From: an uncultured Gammaproteobacteria bacterium
GTDB taxonomy: Bacteria; Patescibacteriota; Patescibacteriia; Patescibacteriales; UBA12465
Assembly (NCBI GenBank): GCA_964548885.1
Contig: CAZJSQ010000001.1
Span: 52,782 to 116,781 of the forward strand
Direction: 5' to 3'
Length of the DNA stretch: 64,000 bases
Positions 39,119-48,312 of the stretch are shown here, in pieces. The notes under the pieces were generated by a model. It worked only from the letters and a program-made list of their open reading frames with translations, had not been told where the DNA came from and made no database searches. Position 1 is the stretch's first letter, and the number at the start of each line of letters is the position of its first letter. The translations under genes and the position numbers were made by a program.

Positions 39119-40363
39119 ATGAATTTTAGTCATAATCTTAAAAACAAATTAAAAACCATTCCTAAAAAGCCCGGGATTTATTTCTGGCTGGATAAAACCG
39201 GAAAAATTTTATATGTCGGCCGGGCGACGAGTTTGAAAAATCGCCTCAGTCAATATTTCCAAAAGAACATCGATTCGCGCATCGCCGAAATGGTTGCGAG
39301 CGCGGCTAATATTAAATATGAAGTTACGGAAACGCTTCTGGAAGCGATTATCCTGGAAGCGAAAAATATTAAAAAATATTGGCCGAAGTATAACGTTAGA
39401 GATCGTGATGACCGTTCCTTTATTTATGTTATTATTCCGAAAGCCGATTTTTCCAAGCCCCTCATCGTTCGCGGCACGGACTTAAAGAAATTCTCCGGCT
39501 CTTCTATCGTTGGTAAAAAGCGAACAACGGGCCGCGCCAAAATCTTCGGGCCCTATCAATCTTTTCATCTTATCCAGAGCGCCTTGCGCCTGATTCGTCG
39601 CGTCTTTCCGTATGGAACCTGCGCGCCGGCCGGTGTCGCGGGTAACCCCGAAGGCCGAGCCTGTTTTGATTATCAGATTGGGTTATGTCCGGGCGCTTGC
39701 GTCGGAATCATTTCGCCTGAAGATTATCAGAAAAATATTAATAATATTATTCTTCTCCTTTCCGGCGAGAAGAAACGCCTCGTCAATAAATTAAAAAAAT
39801 CCAATCCCGATAAGATAAAAGCTTTAAAACATCTCCAGGATGTCGCGCTTCTTACCCGTGAAGACGATTTGGGAGAATATAAGATTAGTCGCCTGGAAGG
39901 CTATGATATTTCGCATCATGCCGGCAAAGAAAGTTACGGCGCTATGGTTGTTTTTGAGAGTGGAGAAGCGGCTAAAAATGAATACCGATTATTTAAAATA
40001 AAAGAAGCGCCGGCCGGCGACGACGAGCGCGCTTTAAGCGAGATGCTTCTGCGCCGTTTCAAACATAGCGAGTGGCCGATGCCGGATTTAATAATGGTTG
40101 ACGGCGGAGCGCCGCAAATAAGTTTTCTTGCCCGCGTCTTCAAAGCCAATAATATAAATATCCCGCTGGTCGGTATTTCTAAATTCGGCGGCGATAAGCT
40201 CGTTTTCACCCCGGAAACCAAAGGACCCCTGCGCGGCCTGGCGGAAAATATCAAACCGACTTTATTGAAATTGAGAGAAGAGGCGCATCGTTTCGCCAAT
40301 CGGGGACGAACGCTCAAAAAGATAAATTGGCAAACTAGCCCAAAAAATCGTAATCGGCTATAA
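39119..40363 (+). CDS. uvrC: UvrC-family excinuclease (GIY-YIG + RNase H-like; no UVR or HhH domain)
   Basis: PGIY…LYVGRA..L..R, FGPY, C..YQIGLCPG.C, EGYDISH, PDLIMVDGG, REEAHRFA. Confidence 0.85.
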   Translation: MNFSHNLKNKLKTIPKKPGIYFWLDKTGKILYVGRATSLKNRLSQYFQKNIDSRIAEMVASAANIKYEVTETLLEAIILEAKNIKKYWPKYNVRDRDDRSFIYVIIPKADFSKPLIVRGTDLKKFSGSSIVGKKRTTGRAKIFGPYQSFHLIQSALRLIRRVFPYGTCAPAGVAGNPEGRACFDYQIGLCPGACVGIISPEDYQKNINNIILLLSGEKKRLVNKLKKSNPDKIKALKHLQDVALLTREDDLGEYKISRLEGYDISHHAGKESYGAMVVFESGEAAKNEYRLFKIKEAPAGDDERALSEMLLRRFKHSEWPMPDLIMVDGGAPQISFLARVFKANNINIPLVGISKFGGDKLVFTPETKGPLRGLAENIKPTLLKLREEAHRFANRGRTLKKINWQTSPKNRNRL

Positions 40364-40401
40364 TAGAAGTAAGTCTAATTAATTTAAAAATAAAAAACTA
40401 T

Positions 40402-41139
40402 ATGAAAAAAACCTATGTTTTTCTAGTAACTTTGGGCGTCCTGGCGGTAACCGCCATCGTCATCGTCGCCCTCGTTATGGCGGACAACGTCAATAACCAA
40501 GATCGTTTCTCGGTCACCGGATCCGGTACAGTTTATGCCAAGGCCGATATCGCTAACTTAGAAGTCGGATTAAAGACCGGCACTAAAAAAACCGCGGTCG
40601 AAGCGACTACTGACAGCACCGGCAAGATGAACGCGATTATTGAAGCGGTCAAAGCTTTGGGTATTGAAGAAAAAGACATTAAGACCAGCGGTTATTCTTT
40701 GAACCCGGTCTATAACTGGACCGAAGGCAGGGGCCAGGAATTAATCGGTTATGAAGTCAGCCAGAATGTGAATTTAAAAATCCGCGACTTGAATAAAATC
40801 GGCGACATTATTGCCAAGACGACCGAGAAAGGCGCGAATCAAATCGGCAATATCAGTTTCACCATTGACGACGAATATGAGTTGAGGAACCAAGCCAGGG
40901 AATTAGCTATTGCCAAAGCCAAAGAGAAGGCGCTGATGATTGCCGAACAATCCGGTATGAAATTGGGTAAAATCAAGAGCGTTTATGAGAACGCCGAACC
41001 GGTAATCAGCCCAGTCATGTACTCCAACGCTAAATTAGATATGGGCGCCGGCCGCGCCGCCGAATTGTCCGCTCCTTCCATCCAATCCGGCCAGAATGAA
41101 ATCAAGGTGGAAGCCACTTTAGTTTACGAAGTGAAATAG
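40402..41139 (+). CDS. SIMPL (DUF541) domain protein
   Basis: TM anchor, VTGSGTV.A.AD, DIKT..YSL.P.Y, GANQI, A…AKEKA…A. Confidence 0.88.
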   Translation: MKKTYVFLVTLGVLAVTAIVIVALVMADNVNNQDRFSVTGSGTVYAKADIANLEVGLKTGTKKTAVEATTDSTGKMNAIIEAVKALGIEEKDIKTSGYSLNPVYNWTEGRGQELIGYEVSQNVNLKIRDLNKIGDIIAKTTEKGANQIGNISFTIDDEYELRNQARELAIAKAKEKALMIAEQSGMKLGKIKSVYENAEPVISPVMYSNAKLDMGAGRAAELSAPSIQSGQNEIKVEATLVYEVK

Positions 41140-41187
41140 TCAACGATTTGAACGATTCTAAACACCTCCCAAACAAATTCCGTCAAT

Positions 41188-41222
41188 AAAAAACCGCCTG
41201 TTAATAGGGGCGGTTTTGTTTT
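41188..41222. terminator. Bidirectional terminator
   Basis: AAAACCGCC…GGCGGTTTT. Confidence 0.75.
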
Positions 41223-41232
41223 GAAGAAATTT

Positions 41233-41958
41233 TTACATTTTTTTTTGCTTTTTTTCCATCTTTGCCTGGATAAGCCGACTCAGGTAAAACGATAGAGACT
41301 CATGATTAGGGATAATTTCGGTTTCTTCCAAACCGGCATCTCGGAACTCTTCGTAGGTATTGATTCCGGAACAGACGCCGACAAATTTGATCGGCCGGCC
41401 TTGAAGGCGGGCATTTTTAACGGCTCGATAATCATATTTAATCGTATCACCGAAATAAACGATATTTTCAGCTGTCAGGCCGCCGCCAAGATCACGCGCC
41501 CAATTAATAAGTGGTACGAAGACGTAACCACTCGGCTTACAGCTGTGGTAGTCGTCCACCGTCTGGATATAATGGAATATATTCAGACTCAAATCGATTT
41601 TTCGGGTATATTTTTTCAAGTCCGCCTCTCCTCGGCTGGTTATTATCGCCGTCAGAAACCCGAATTGCGGGAGAGCAACCAGGACTCTAAATAAGCTCCG
41701 ATCGAAAGTATAACTCGGGTGGATTTCTTTTTCTCGCTTTTTAAAGCAAGCGGTTTGTTCTTCATTCGCTCCTTGAAGTTGGCAAATAAGAGCGGCCAAA
41801 TCATCCATCTTTTTACCCCAGTGTTCTCTTAAAAAATCTGGGGATACCGGCGGCAGCTTAAGTTCAGTTAAGATTTGATTGACTTTTTGAAAGCCGAGAA
41901 GGGTATTATTGACAACAACTCCATCGAAGTCAAAACACAAAATCATTCGATTCTTCAT
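41233..41958 (-). CDS. HAD-superfamily hydrolase
   Basis: FDFDGV motif I, ITS motif II, KP motif III, FGDT..D motif IV. Confidence 0.85.
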   Translation of the reverse strand: MKNRMILCFDFDGVVVNNTLLGFQKVNQILTELKLPPVSPDFLREHWGKKMDDLAALICQLQGANEEQTACFKKREKEIHPSYTFDRSLFRVLVALPQFGFLTAIITSRGEADLKKYTRKIDLSLNIFHYIQTVDDYHSCKPSGYVFVPLINWARDLGGGLTAENIVYFGDTIKYDYRAVKNARLQGRPIKFVGVCSGINTYEEFRDAGLEETEIIPNHESLSFYLSRLIQAKMEKKQKKM

Positions 41959-42149
41959 TATTTATTCTTTTTGGTTAGTATTTAATTTTTAAAGAAATTT
42001 TCTTGCCTAATTTTTATCTAAATTAGTCATCTAAAAATTACTACAAAAAATAGTAATAGTCAAGCCCGCAGATTAACTATCCGGATAAAACTAATACAAA
42101 CTCTTGACAAACTCTAACAATTTGCTAATATATCAACATAACAAAATAT

Positions 42150-42277
42150 TGCCAGAGACAGCCAGCATTTCGGAACGGATTAAGGCTCCGGCCGATTATA
42201 AGACTCGCCGAGGTACAGATACTTTATTTTTAAGTATTTCTGCCAGGACGTCTGTGGTGAAACACGGATTTTTTATT
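42150..42277 (+). ncRNA. Putative L10 (rplJ) leader autoregulatory RNA
   Basis: Lies between a TTGACA…TAATAT promoter (42104-42131) and rplJ; contains AGACAGC…GCCGAGG elements like the L10 leader and ends in a hairpin plus T tract. Confidence 0.55.
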
Positions 42278-42290
42278 ATCTAAGATATAT

Positions 42291-42830
42291 ATGCCAAAGA
42301 ATAAAATTCAAAAAGGAGAGATTTTTCGCGATTTAAACGAAAGAATCAAGAAATCCAAGTCTCTGGTGTTCGCGGGCTTTAACGCTTTCGGCGTTAAAGA
42401 TAACGAAGATTTGCGCGACAAATTAAGGAAAGCGGGCGGCGAATATTATGTCGCCAAGAAAACCTTGATGAACCTGGCCTTGAAAGAGAATAATTTAAAC
42501 GTCAACGTCAAAGATTTCGAAGGTAAAGTCGCGGTCATCTTTTCTTATGAGGACGAAGTCGCTCCGGCCAAGATTTTGGGAAATTTCCGCAAGGAGAGAG
42601 ATAAGGATAAAGATAAAGCCGGAGGCATTTTCTTTTTGGGAGGCGTCCTGGAAGGGAAGCTTCTTTCTAGAAAAGAAGTCGAAGCTCTGTCCGAATTGCC
42701 GAGCAAGATTGAATTATACGCGCGGCTCGTCGGTTCCATCAACGCGCCTATTTCCGGTTTTGTGGGCGTGCTCGCCGGTAATCTGCGCGGTTTAGTCGCC
42801 GTTTTGAAAGCGATCGAAGCCAAAAAATAA
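42291..42830 (+). CDS. rplJ: 50S ribosomal protein L10
   Basis: LR..LR…VAKKTL, GG.LEG, LSELPS..EL.A.LVG.INAP. Confidence 0.95.
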   Translation: MPKNKIQKGEIFRDLNERIKKSKSLVFAGFNAFGVKDNEDLRDKLRKAGGEYYVAKKTLMNLALKENNLNVNVKDFEGKVAVIFSYEDEVAPAKILGNFRKERDKDKDKAGGIFFLGGVLEGKLLSRKEVEALSELPSKIELYARLVGSINAPISGFVGVLAGNLRGLVAVLKAIEAKK

Positions 42831-42866
42831 TTAATTAACATAAATAATAAATTTAATTTTAAACGT

Positions 42867-43259
42867 ATGGAAGAGAAAAATGTAGTCGTTCCGGCGAAAT
42901 TTGAAAAATTAGTCGGCGAAATCGAGAAGATGAGCGTTTTAGACTTAGCGGAACTCGTTAAGATTTTAGAAAAAAAATTCGGCGTGAGCGCGTCCGCTCC
43001 GGCCATGATGATGGCTCCGGCCGCGGCCGCCGCCGTAGTCGAAGAGAAAGAAAGTTTTGACGTGGAGATCACCGATAGCGGCGCCAGCAAAATCAACGTC
43101 ATTAAAGCGGTTCGCGAGTTGACTGAAATGGGCTTAAAGGAAGCCAAGGACTTGGTTGACGGCGCCCCGAAAGTTTTAAAGGAAGGAGTTAAGAAAGTTG
43201 AGGCGGAAGCGATGAAGAAGAGACTGGAAGAAGCCGGCGCTAAAGTCACTTTGAAATAA
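42867..43259 (+). CDS. rplL: 50S ribosomal protein L7/L12
   Basis: [34 protein letters not shown]. Confidence 0.97.
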   Translation: MEEKNVVVPAKFEKLVGEIEKMSVLDLAELVKILEKKFGVSASAPAMMMAPAAAAAVVEEKESFDVEITDSGASKINVIKAVRELTEMGLKEAKDLVDGAPKVLKEGVKKVEAEAMKKRLEEAGAKVTLK

Positions 43260-43278
43260 TCTACTTTTTCCGCTCTAT

Positions 43279-43307
43279 AAAAACCGACTCTTAAAGGTCG
43301 GTTTTTT
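43279..43307. terminator. Bidirectional terminator after rplL
   Basis: AAAAACCGAC…GTCGGTTTTT. Confidence 0.8.
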
Positions 43308-43336
43308 GTTATGGAAAATTAATATTATAAAATAAT

Positions 43337-45598
43337 TTACTGATTCAATCCGACCTTATAAATCGCATCTCCATCCAAAAAGTAAGCGGTCCTTCCGACT
43401 TCATCAACCGTTACGTCTTTAATCTGGTTGAGCGATTCTATAACATACTGATTGGCCAAAAGACCTTTCTCTTTAGATAAAACCGCCAAACGCTTAGAGG
43501 TCGCTTCAAAAATATATAAATACTTCGCGCCGACAATAAGTTTATTGGCGCCGGTCATAGCCGGAGACAAGGCCGCTGCGTCATATTTCTCCGCTTCACC
43601 GCCGGAGAACCGCAAGACCGCGCCGTCAGCTTTTAAGACATAAATATCGTTGTCAATCCCTAGATCAACCGCTTGACTTAAATCAGCGTTCTCTTTAAGC
43701 CAATCAAACTTCGTACTAAAACCTTTATTAGATTTTGGATAGACATAAATCTGATTTTTATCCTTAGCGAGAGAATATAAAGCAGTAGAATATAACTTGG
43801 AATTATAAATTTTAAAACCGATCAGGCTGGAAGCTAATTCCAGATTAGCGGTGCTGATAAGACTGCCGGTCTTATTCTTGAAATCAAGCTTAACGATATT
43901 TCCGGCGTCCCAATAATAAATATTGTTACTATAGTAATGAGGATCGCTTAAATTACTCGCGCCTTTTATTTCTATCCTGGAAGAAGAGGCGCTACCGGGC
44001 GTCAGGGCGTAGACCGTTGAACCGCCGGCGGCGTAAATTTTTCCGGCGGCAAAAGTTAGATTGCTCACGTTTAAGCCGATCAAATCATTAATCTTATCGG
44101 CCGAAGTTATCCGGACTATCTTTTGGAGCTTTTCGGCCGCGGCCGCCAATTTAACGGATAACTCCTGATAAGCGGCTTCCTGCTTATCATTCTCTCGCGG
44201 CAGGGAAGCTAAAAGAGCCTGCGCTTCCGTTAATATTCCGGTCGCGCCGGCTTCATCTTTATATAAGAGATGATTATTGATTTCAGTTTCTTTGTCGTTA
44301 ATGGCGATAATCAGATTATTAAAATTTTCTTCCGCGACGGTGCGCTGGTGATGCCGACTCGTCGCGAGAACGCTCACGATCAAAACTATAACCGCTAAAC
44401 TTAAGCCGACGAAAAGCCAGCGCTTCTTTTTATTAAGCGACATCAGCCCCGACCGAAAATGGCCGCCCAGCCCCGACCAAAAATGGCCGCCGAACAAACC
44501 GGCCAAGACGGATTTAAAATTTCTGAACCAAGAACCGACAGCCCCGGTCCTTTTTTTGAAAAAAATCTTATCCGGTTTTAAGAAGGAACCGGAGCCGGCC
44601 ATATTCAGGCTCTTGACCATTCCTAAATCCAAAGGCGGCTGAACAACCTGTTCTTCTTCGGTTCGGATATATTTCTGACGCGGCCGAGACGGTTTGAACC
44701 GCCAACTCTTAACCGCATTTTTCAATCCCTTTAGCATTCCAGCCAGGTTGATCAAACCGGCCGGAGCGAGCATGCGCTCGGTTTTTTGTTCCGTATAATT
44801 TAACGAAGAAATAGAACTGTGGGCCGAAAATTCTTCCAAATCTTCTTTAGAGTCCGCCGGCGCCAAACCCGTGGTATTTTTAATGATTATTCCCAGGAAT
44901 GGGATATAAGTATTTACTTTTAATAAAACATTCTTGATTTGTTCGGCGGCGGCCAGAGGCGGGAGTTTCGTGATAATGCCGATCATCTCCTGGCCGGACA
45001 GATATTCCGGCAGAGCTTCGTTGCCAAGCACAAAATAAGAAGCCAAGGGGATCTCGCCGCTGATAACCGAGGAAAATAGTTTAGGCGCGCGCGACGGCGC
45101 CGCTTCGGCCTCGCCGGTATCCGCCAGCGCTTCGGCGGCGTTGGCTTCAACATTGATTATTTCATATTCTTCGCCGCGGCGGAAAACCAGCAAGGAACGA
45201 TTGCGGCCGAAATTGGCGAAGTGGATCTTATTCTCATAAACGACGCCGATAGTCAGGTTAATGGCCGCCGGATTAAGCCTAATCTTCTCATTGACTAAAA
45301 AATCGGCCAAATCACGATTAGTCTTAGTCACGGCCGCCTCAAAAATATTTTCAATCTTCAGCCCCGGGATCTTATCCTTGAATAAGATCTTTTCGTCGTT
45401 ATAATAATTATCGCTTAAGGCCATTATCAAAAAATCAAGAAACTTCCGGCTTTCGATTTTTTTGCCGCCGATTTCCGCCAGCACAAAAATCTTGCCGGCC
45501 TGGCTTTCTTTAAGCGTATCCGGTTGAGCGACAAAAACATCGCTTAAGCCCATGGCCTTGGCGGAGTTTAAAATAATTGAAGAAATCTTATTATACAT
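43337..45598 (-). CDS. Hypothetical bitopic protein: degenerate PP2C-like N-terminus, TM helix, extracellular beta-propeller-like domain
   Basis: HFANFGRNRSLLVFRRG resembles PP2C strands; TM near residue 400; repeated IYVL/LYIF blades; ATG at 45598. Confidence 0.65.
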   Translation of the reverse strand: MYNKISSIILNSAKAMGLSDVFVAQPDTLKESQAGKIFVLAEIGGKKIESRKFLDFLIMALSDNYYNDEKILFKDKIPGLKIENIFEAAVTKTNRDLADFLVNEKIRLNPAAINLTIGVVYENKIHFANFGRNRSLLVFRRGEEYEIINVEANAAEALADTGEAEAAPSRAPKLFSSVISGEIPLASYFVLGNEALPEYLSGQEMIGIITKLPPLAAAEQIKNVLLKVNTYIPFLGIIIKNTTGLAPADSKEDLEEFSAHSSISSLNYTEQKTERMLAPAGLINLAGMLKGLKNAVKSWRFKPSRPRQKYIRTEEEQVVQPPLDLGMVKSLNMAGSGSFLKPDKIFFKKRTGAVGSWFRNFKSVLAGLFGGHFWSGLGGHFRSGLMSLNKKKRWLFVGLSLAVIVLIVSVLATSRHHQRTVAEENFNNLIIAINDKETEINNHLLYKDEAGATGILTEAQALLASLPRENDKQEAAYQELSVKLAAAAEKLQKIVRITSADKINDLIGLNVSNLTFAAGKIYAAGGSTVYALTPGSASSSRIEIKGASNLSDPHYYSNNIYYWDAGNIVKLDFKNKTGSLISTANLELASSLIGFKIYNSKLYSTALYSLAKDKNQIYVYPKSNKGFSTKFDWLKENADLSQAVDLGIDNDIYVLKADGAVLRFSGGEAEKYDAAALSPAMTGANKLIVGAKYLYIFEATSKRLAVLSKEKGLLANQYVIESLNQIKDVTVDEVGRTAYFLDGDAIYKVGLNQ

Positions 45599-45630
45599 AA
45601 GAAAAAAGGGGATCAAACCTATTTTTTAGT

Positions 45631-45659
45631 TTGACTGTTTCTTGTGAATATTATACTAT
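45631..45659 (+). promoter_or_regulatory. Sigma70-like promoter
   Basis: TTGACT-17 nt-TACTAT. Confidence 0.55.
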
Positions 45660-45679
45660 AAATTCATAAATAAAGGAAT

Positions 45680-46255
45680 ATGCTTAACGAGCTTTTTGGT
45701 TCCGAGGCTAGGGTCAAGATTATCAATCTTTTTTTTCTATACCCCGACAAAAAATATTCGTCCGCGCAGATAGCCCAGACGCTAAATCGGCCGCTTAATT
45801 CTTTGCGGCGGGAAACGAATAATCTTCTTAAGACCGGAGTTATCAGAGAAGCCAAGCCCGAGACCGGCGCCACGAAAAAATATTTCAGCGTTAACCCCGA
45901 TTTTATCCTTTTTCCGGAAGTAAGCGCTTTATGCGCCAAGACGCAAATCCTCTTCAGCCAAAATTTTATCGTCAAACTCCAAAAAATCTGCCAGCCGAAA
46001 CTTTTGATCCTGGCCGGTTTTTTTGTGAATTGTCCCGATGCCAAGACTGATTTACTGCTTGTCGGCGCCGTGCGCCGCGCCGCCTTCTTAAAGCTCGTCA
46101 AGGAACTGGAAAAAGAATTGGGTCGGGAAATTAATTTTACTATCCTAAAAGAGCGCGAATATCGTTATCGCCGCGAAGTTATGGATATATTCCTCTATAA
46201 TATCCTGGAAGGGAAAAAACTGGTCTTGATAAATACTCTGAATAAACAAGAATAA
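45680..46255 (+). CDS. Winged-HTH plus degenerate minimal nucleotidyltransferase-fold protein
   Basis: LFGSEARVKII…HTH; LAGFF…TDLLLVG…LGREINFT. Confidence 0.75.
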   Translation: MLNELFGSEARVKIINLFFLYPDKKYSSAQIAQTLNRPLNSLRRETNNLLKTGVIREAKPETGATKKYFSVNPDFILFPEVSALCAKTQILFSQNFIVKLQKICQPKLLILAGFFVNCPDAKTDLLLVGAVRRAAFLKLVKELEKELGREINFTILKEREYRYRREVMDIFLYNILEGKKLVLINTLNKQE

Positions 46256-46286
46256 AGATAATATAAATAAGGATCATGAAAAGATT

Positions 46287-48176
46287 ATGAACAGATATTT
46301 AGCTCATTCATTTAGCATCTTCTGGTTTATTTTGAAATACGCCCTGATTATTCTTATCGCCGGTCTTATTCTTCTGATCATCGCGCTTGGCGGCGCCTAT
46401 AAGGATTTGCGAATCGCCGGCGAACAAGGCTTGGCCGGAAAAAACGATATCACCGCCGCCGTGGGCGCGATCAAGAATCAAGATTGGGAAACGGCTTTAA
46501 CCTTAACGGTCAAAGCCCGTTCCGAATTCGGCGACGCTTTGGCCAGCCTCGACGCCACCCGTTCCAATCCGGCCATCAAAAATTTCGGTCCTGTTCGCGT
46601 CCAAATCAATGATTTAGAATATCTCCTTAAAACCGCCGATATCCTTAGCCGTTCCTTGGAACGCGGTATTTCTATCGCCGGCGAATTGAGGAAAATCAGC
46701 GCCGCCGCCGGCAATCAGAATTTTATTGATTTTCCGGCGGCGGATAAAACCCGCTTCTTGAAATTTATCTACGAATCAGAGCCGGAATTAAACGGACTGA
46801 AAGCTAATCTTGATTTAGCCCTGCTTAATCTAAGCAAGATCCATAAGATTGGCGTCCTCTGGCCGGTGTATAGCCAGATAAGCGACATTAAACAAGAATT
46901 AATCCAGGTTTCCGAATTACTAAACAAAACCACGCCGCTCATAAAACTTCTTCCGGCCTTAGCCGGCTATCCGGTCGCGAGCCGTTTCTTGATTGTCCTT
47001 CAAAATAACGACGAACTGCGCCCGACCGGCGGCTTCATCGGCGTCTATGGGATAATGGAAAGCCGGAACGGTGAAATAATTTCTATTAATACCGATGACA
47101 GTTATCATCTGGATATGCCGGCTTCTTTATCGGATAAATGGAAAATGGAAGCGCCGAGCCCTATAAAAAAATATCTGAAAGTTGAAAAATGGTATTTGCG
47201 CGATTCTAATTGGTCGCCGGATTGGCCGACCGCCGCCGTCAAGGTCATGGAAATATACCATGGTGAAAATGCCGCCGCCGGCACCAGCACGCTTCCTTTT
47301 ACCGGCGTGGTCGCGCTTACGCCGGATTTTATCGGCGATCTGCTGCGTCTCGTCGGACCGATAGTCGTGCGCTCCGAAACTTATGACGCCAATAATTTTC
47401 AGCCCCTTCTGCAATATAACGTGGAAGTCGCTTATAAGGATCAAGATATCTCCCCTTGGGATCGCAAGGATATCGTCAATGAGTTAATGGGCGAGATTAA
47501 GAGCCGCTTATTTAAATTAGGCGCGGATAAATGGAGCGAGCTCATCAAGATCGCCGATAGTAATATCACCGAGAAAAATATCCAGGCTTATTTTCCTAAC
47601 GCCAGCTGGCAAAGTGTCGCTAAAGAAATGGGCGTAAGCGGAGAAATCAAAAAACCGATGAGTGATTATTTAATGGTCGTGGACGCCAATCTCGGCGCCT
47701 TTAAGAGCGATGCCGTCGTTAAAAAGGATATTTCTTATGCTCTAAATCAGAGCGCGGACGGGCTAAACGCCACGGTTCGGCTGGATTATCGCCATGAGGG
47801 CGGTTTTGACTGGCGGACGACCCGTTATCGCAGTTATACGCGCGTCTACGCGCCCTTAGGCAGTCATTTCATCAGTCTTAAGGGGATAAACGAGTCTACC
47901 GCCGATATCAGCGTCACGGACGATACTGGCCTTAATAAGACTGTTTTTGGCTTCTTTTGGACGATTGAGCCGGGAAGCGCCGGAAGCGCTATTTTAAGCT
48001 ATAGTTTGCCCGATAGAATAAATGTCCAAATGAAGGCCGGCGCTTACGAGCTCCTGATTCAGAGACAGGCCGGTTCCCGCATTAATTCCTTAAAAGCCAT
48101 TTTCAAGCCTCTCTCCGGTAAAACCAGGGAACGGAGCGGCGACCTGAATACCGATAAATATTTTACTTTTAATTAA
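46287..48176 (+). CDS. DUF4012 domain protein
   Basis: TM anchor; LQNNDELRPTGGFIG, RDSNWSPDWP, NLGAFKSD, YRSYTRVYAP.GS. Confidence 0.9.
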   Translation: MNRYLAHSFSIFWFILKYALIILIAGLILLIIALGGAYKDLRIAGEQGLAGKNDITAAVGAIKNQDWETALTLTVKARSEFGDALASLDATRSNPAIKNFGPVRVQINDLEYLLKTADILSRSLERGISIAGELRKISAAAGNQNFIDFPAADKTRFLKFIYESEPELNGLKANLDLALLNLSKIHKIGVLWPVYSQISDIKQELIQVSELLNKTTPLIKLLPALAGYPVASRFLIVLQNNDELRPTGGFIGVYGIMESRNGEIISINTDDSYHLDMPASLSDKWKMEAPSPIKKYLKVEKWYLRDSNWSPDWPTAAVKVMEIYHGENAAAGTSTLPFTGVVALTPDFIGDLLRLVGPIVVRSETYDANNFQPLLQYNVEVAYKDQDISPWDRKDIVNELMGEIKSRLFKLGADKWSELIKIADSNITEKNIQAYFPNASWQSVAKEMGVSGEIKKPMSDYLMVVDANLGAFKSDAVVKKDISYALNQSADGLNATVRLDYRHEGGFDWRTTRYRSYTRVYAPLGSHFISLKGINESTADISVTDDTGLNKTVFGFFWTIEPGSAGSAILSYSLPDRINVQMKAGAYELLIQRQAGSRINSLKAIFKPLSGKTRERSGDLNTDKYFTFN

Positions 48177-48217
48177 TATCTCTCCTAGATTGATATCTCG
48201 CCGGTTTTCGACTTAAT

Positions 48218-48253
48218 AAAAAAGAACCGCGATTTAATCTCGCGGTTCTTTTT
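48218..48253. terminator. Bidirectional terminator
   Basis: AAAAAGAACCGCGA…TCGCGGTTCTTTTT perfect stem. Confidence 0.85.
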
Positions 48254-48312
48254 ATATTCAAATTATCTTTTTAAGGCGTTGACTTTCGTAGACCTAATTA
48301 ATAGCTCGCGCT

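Noticed and set aside
42545-43249. 234-aa antisense ORF over rplJ/rplL
   Set aside because: Shadow frame of highly conserved ribosomal protein genes; no independent motifs.
45680-46255. MNT antitoxin of a HEPN-MNT toxin-antitoxin pair
   Set aside because: No adjacent HEPN gene and the catalytic motifs are degenerate.
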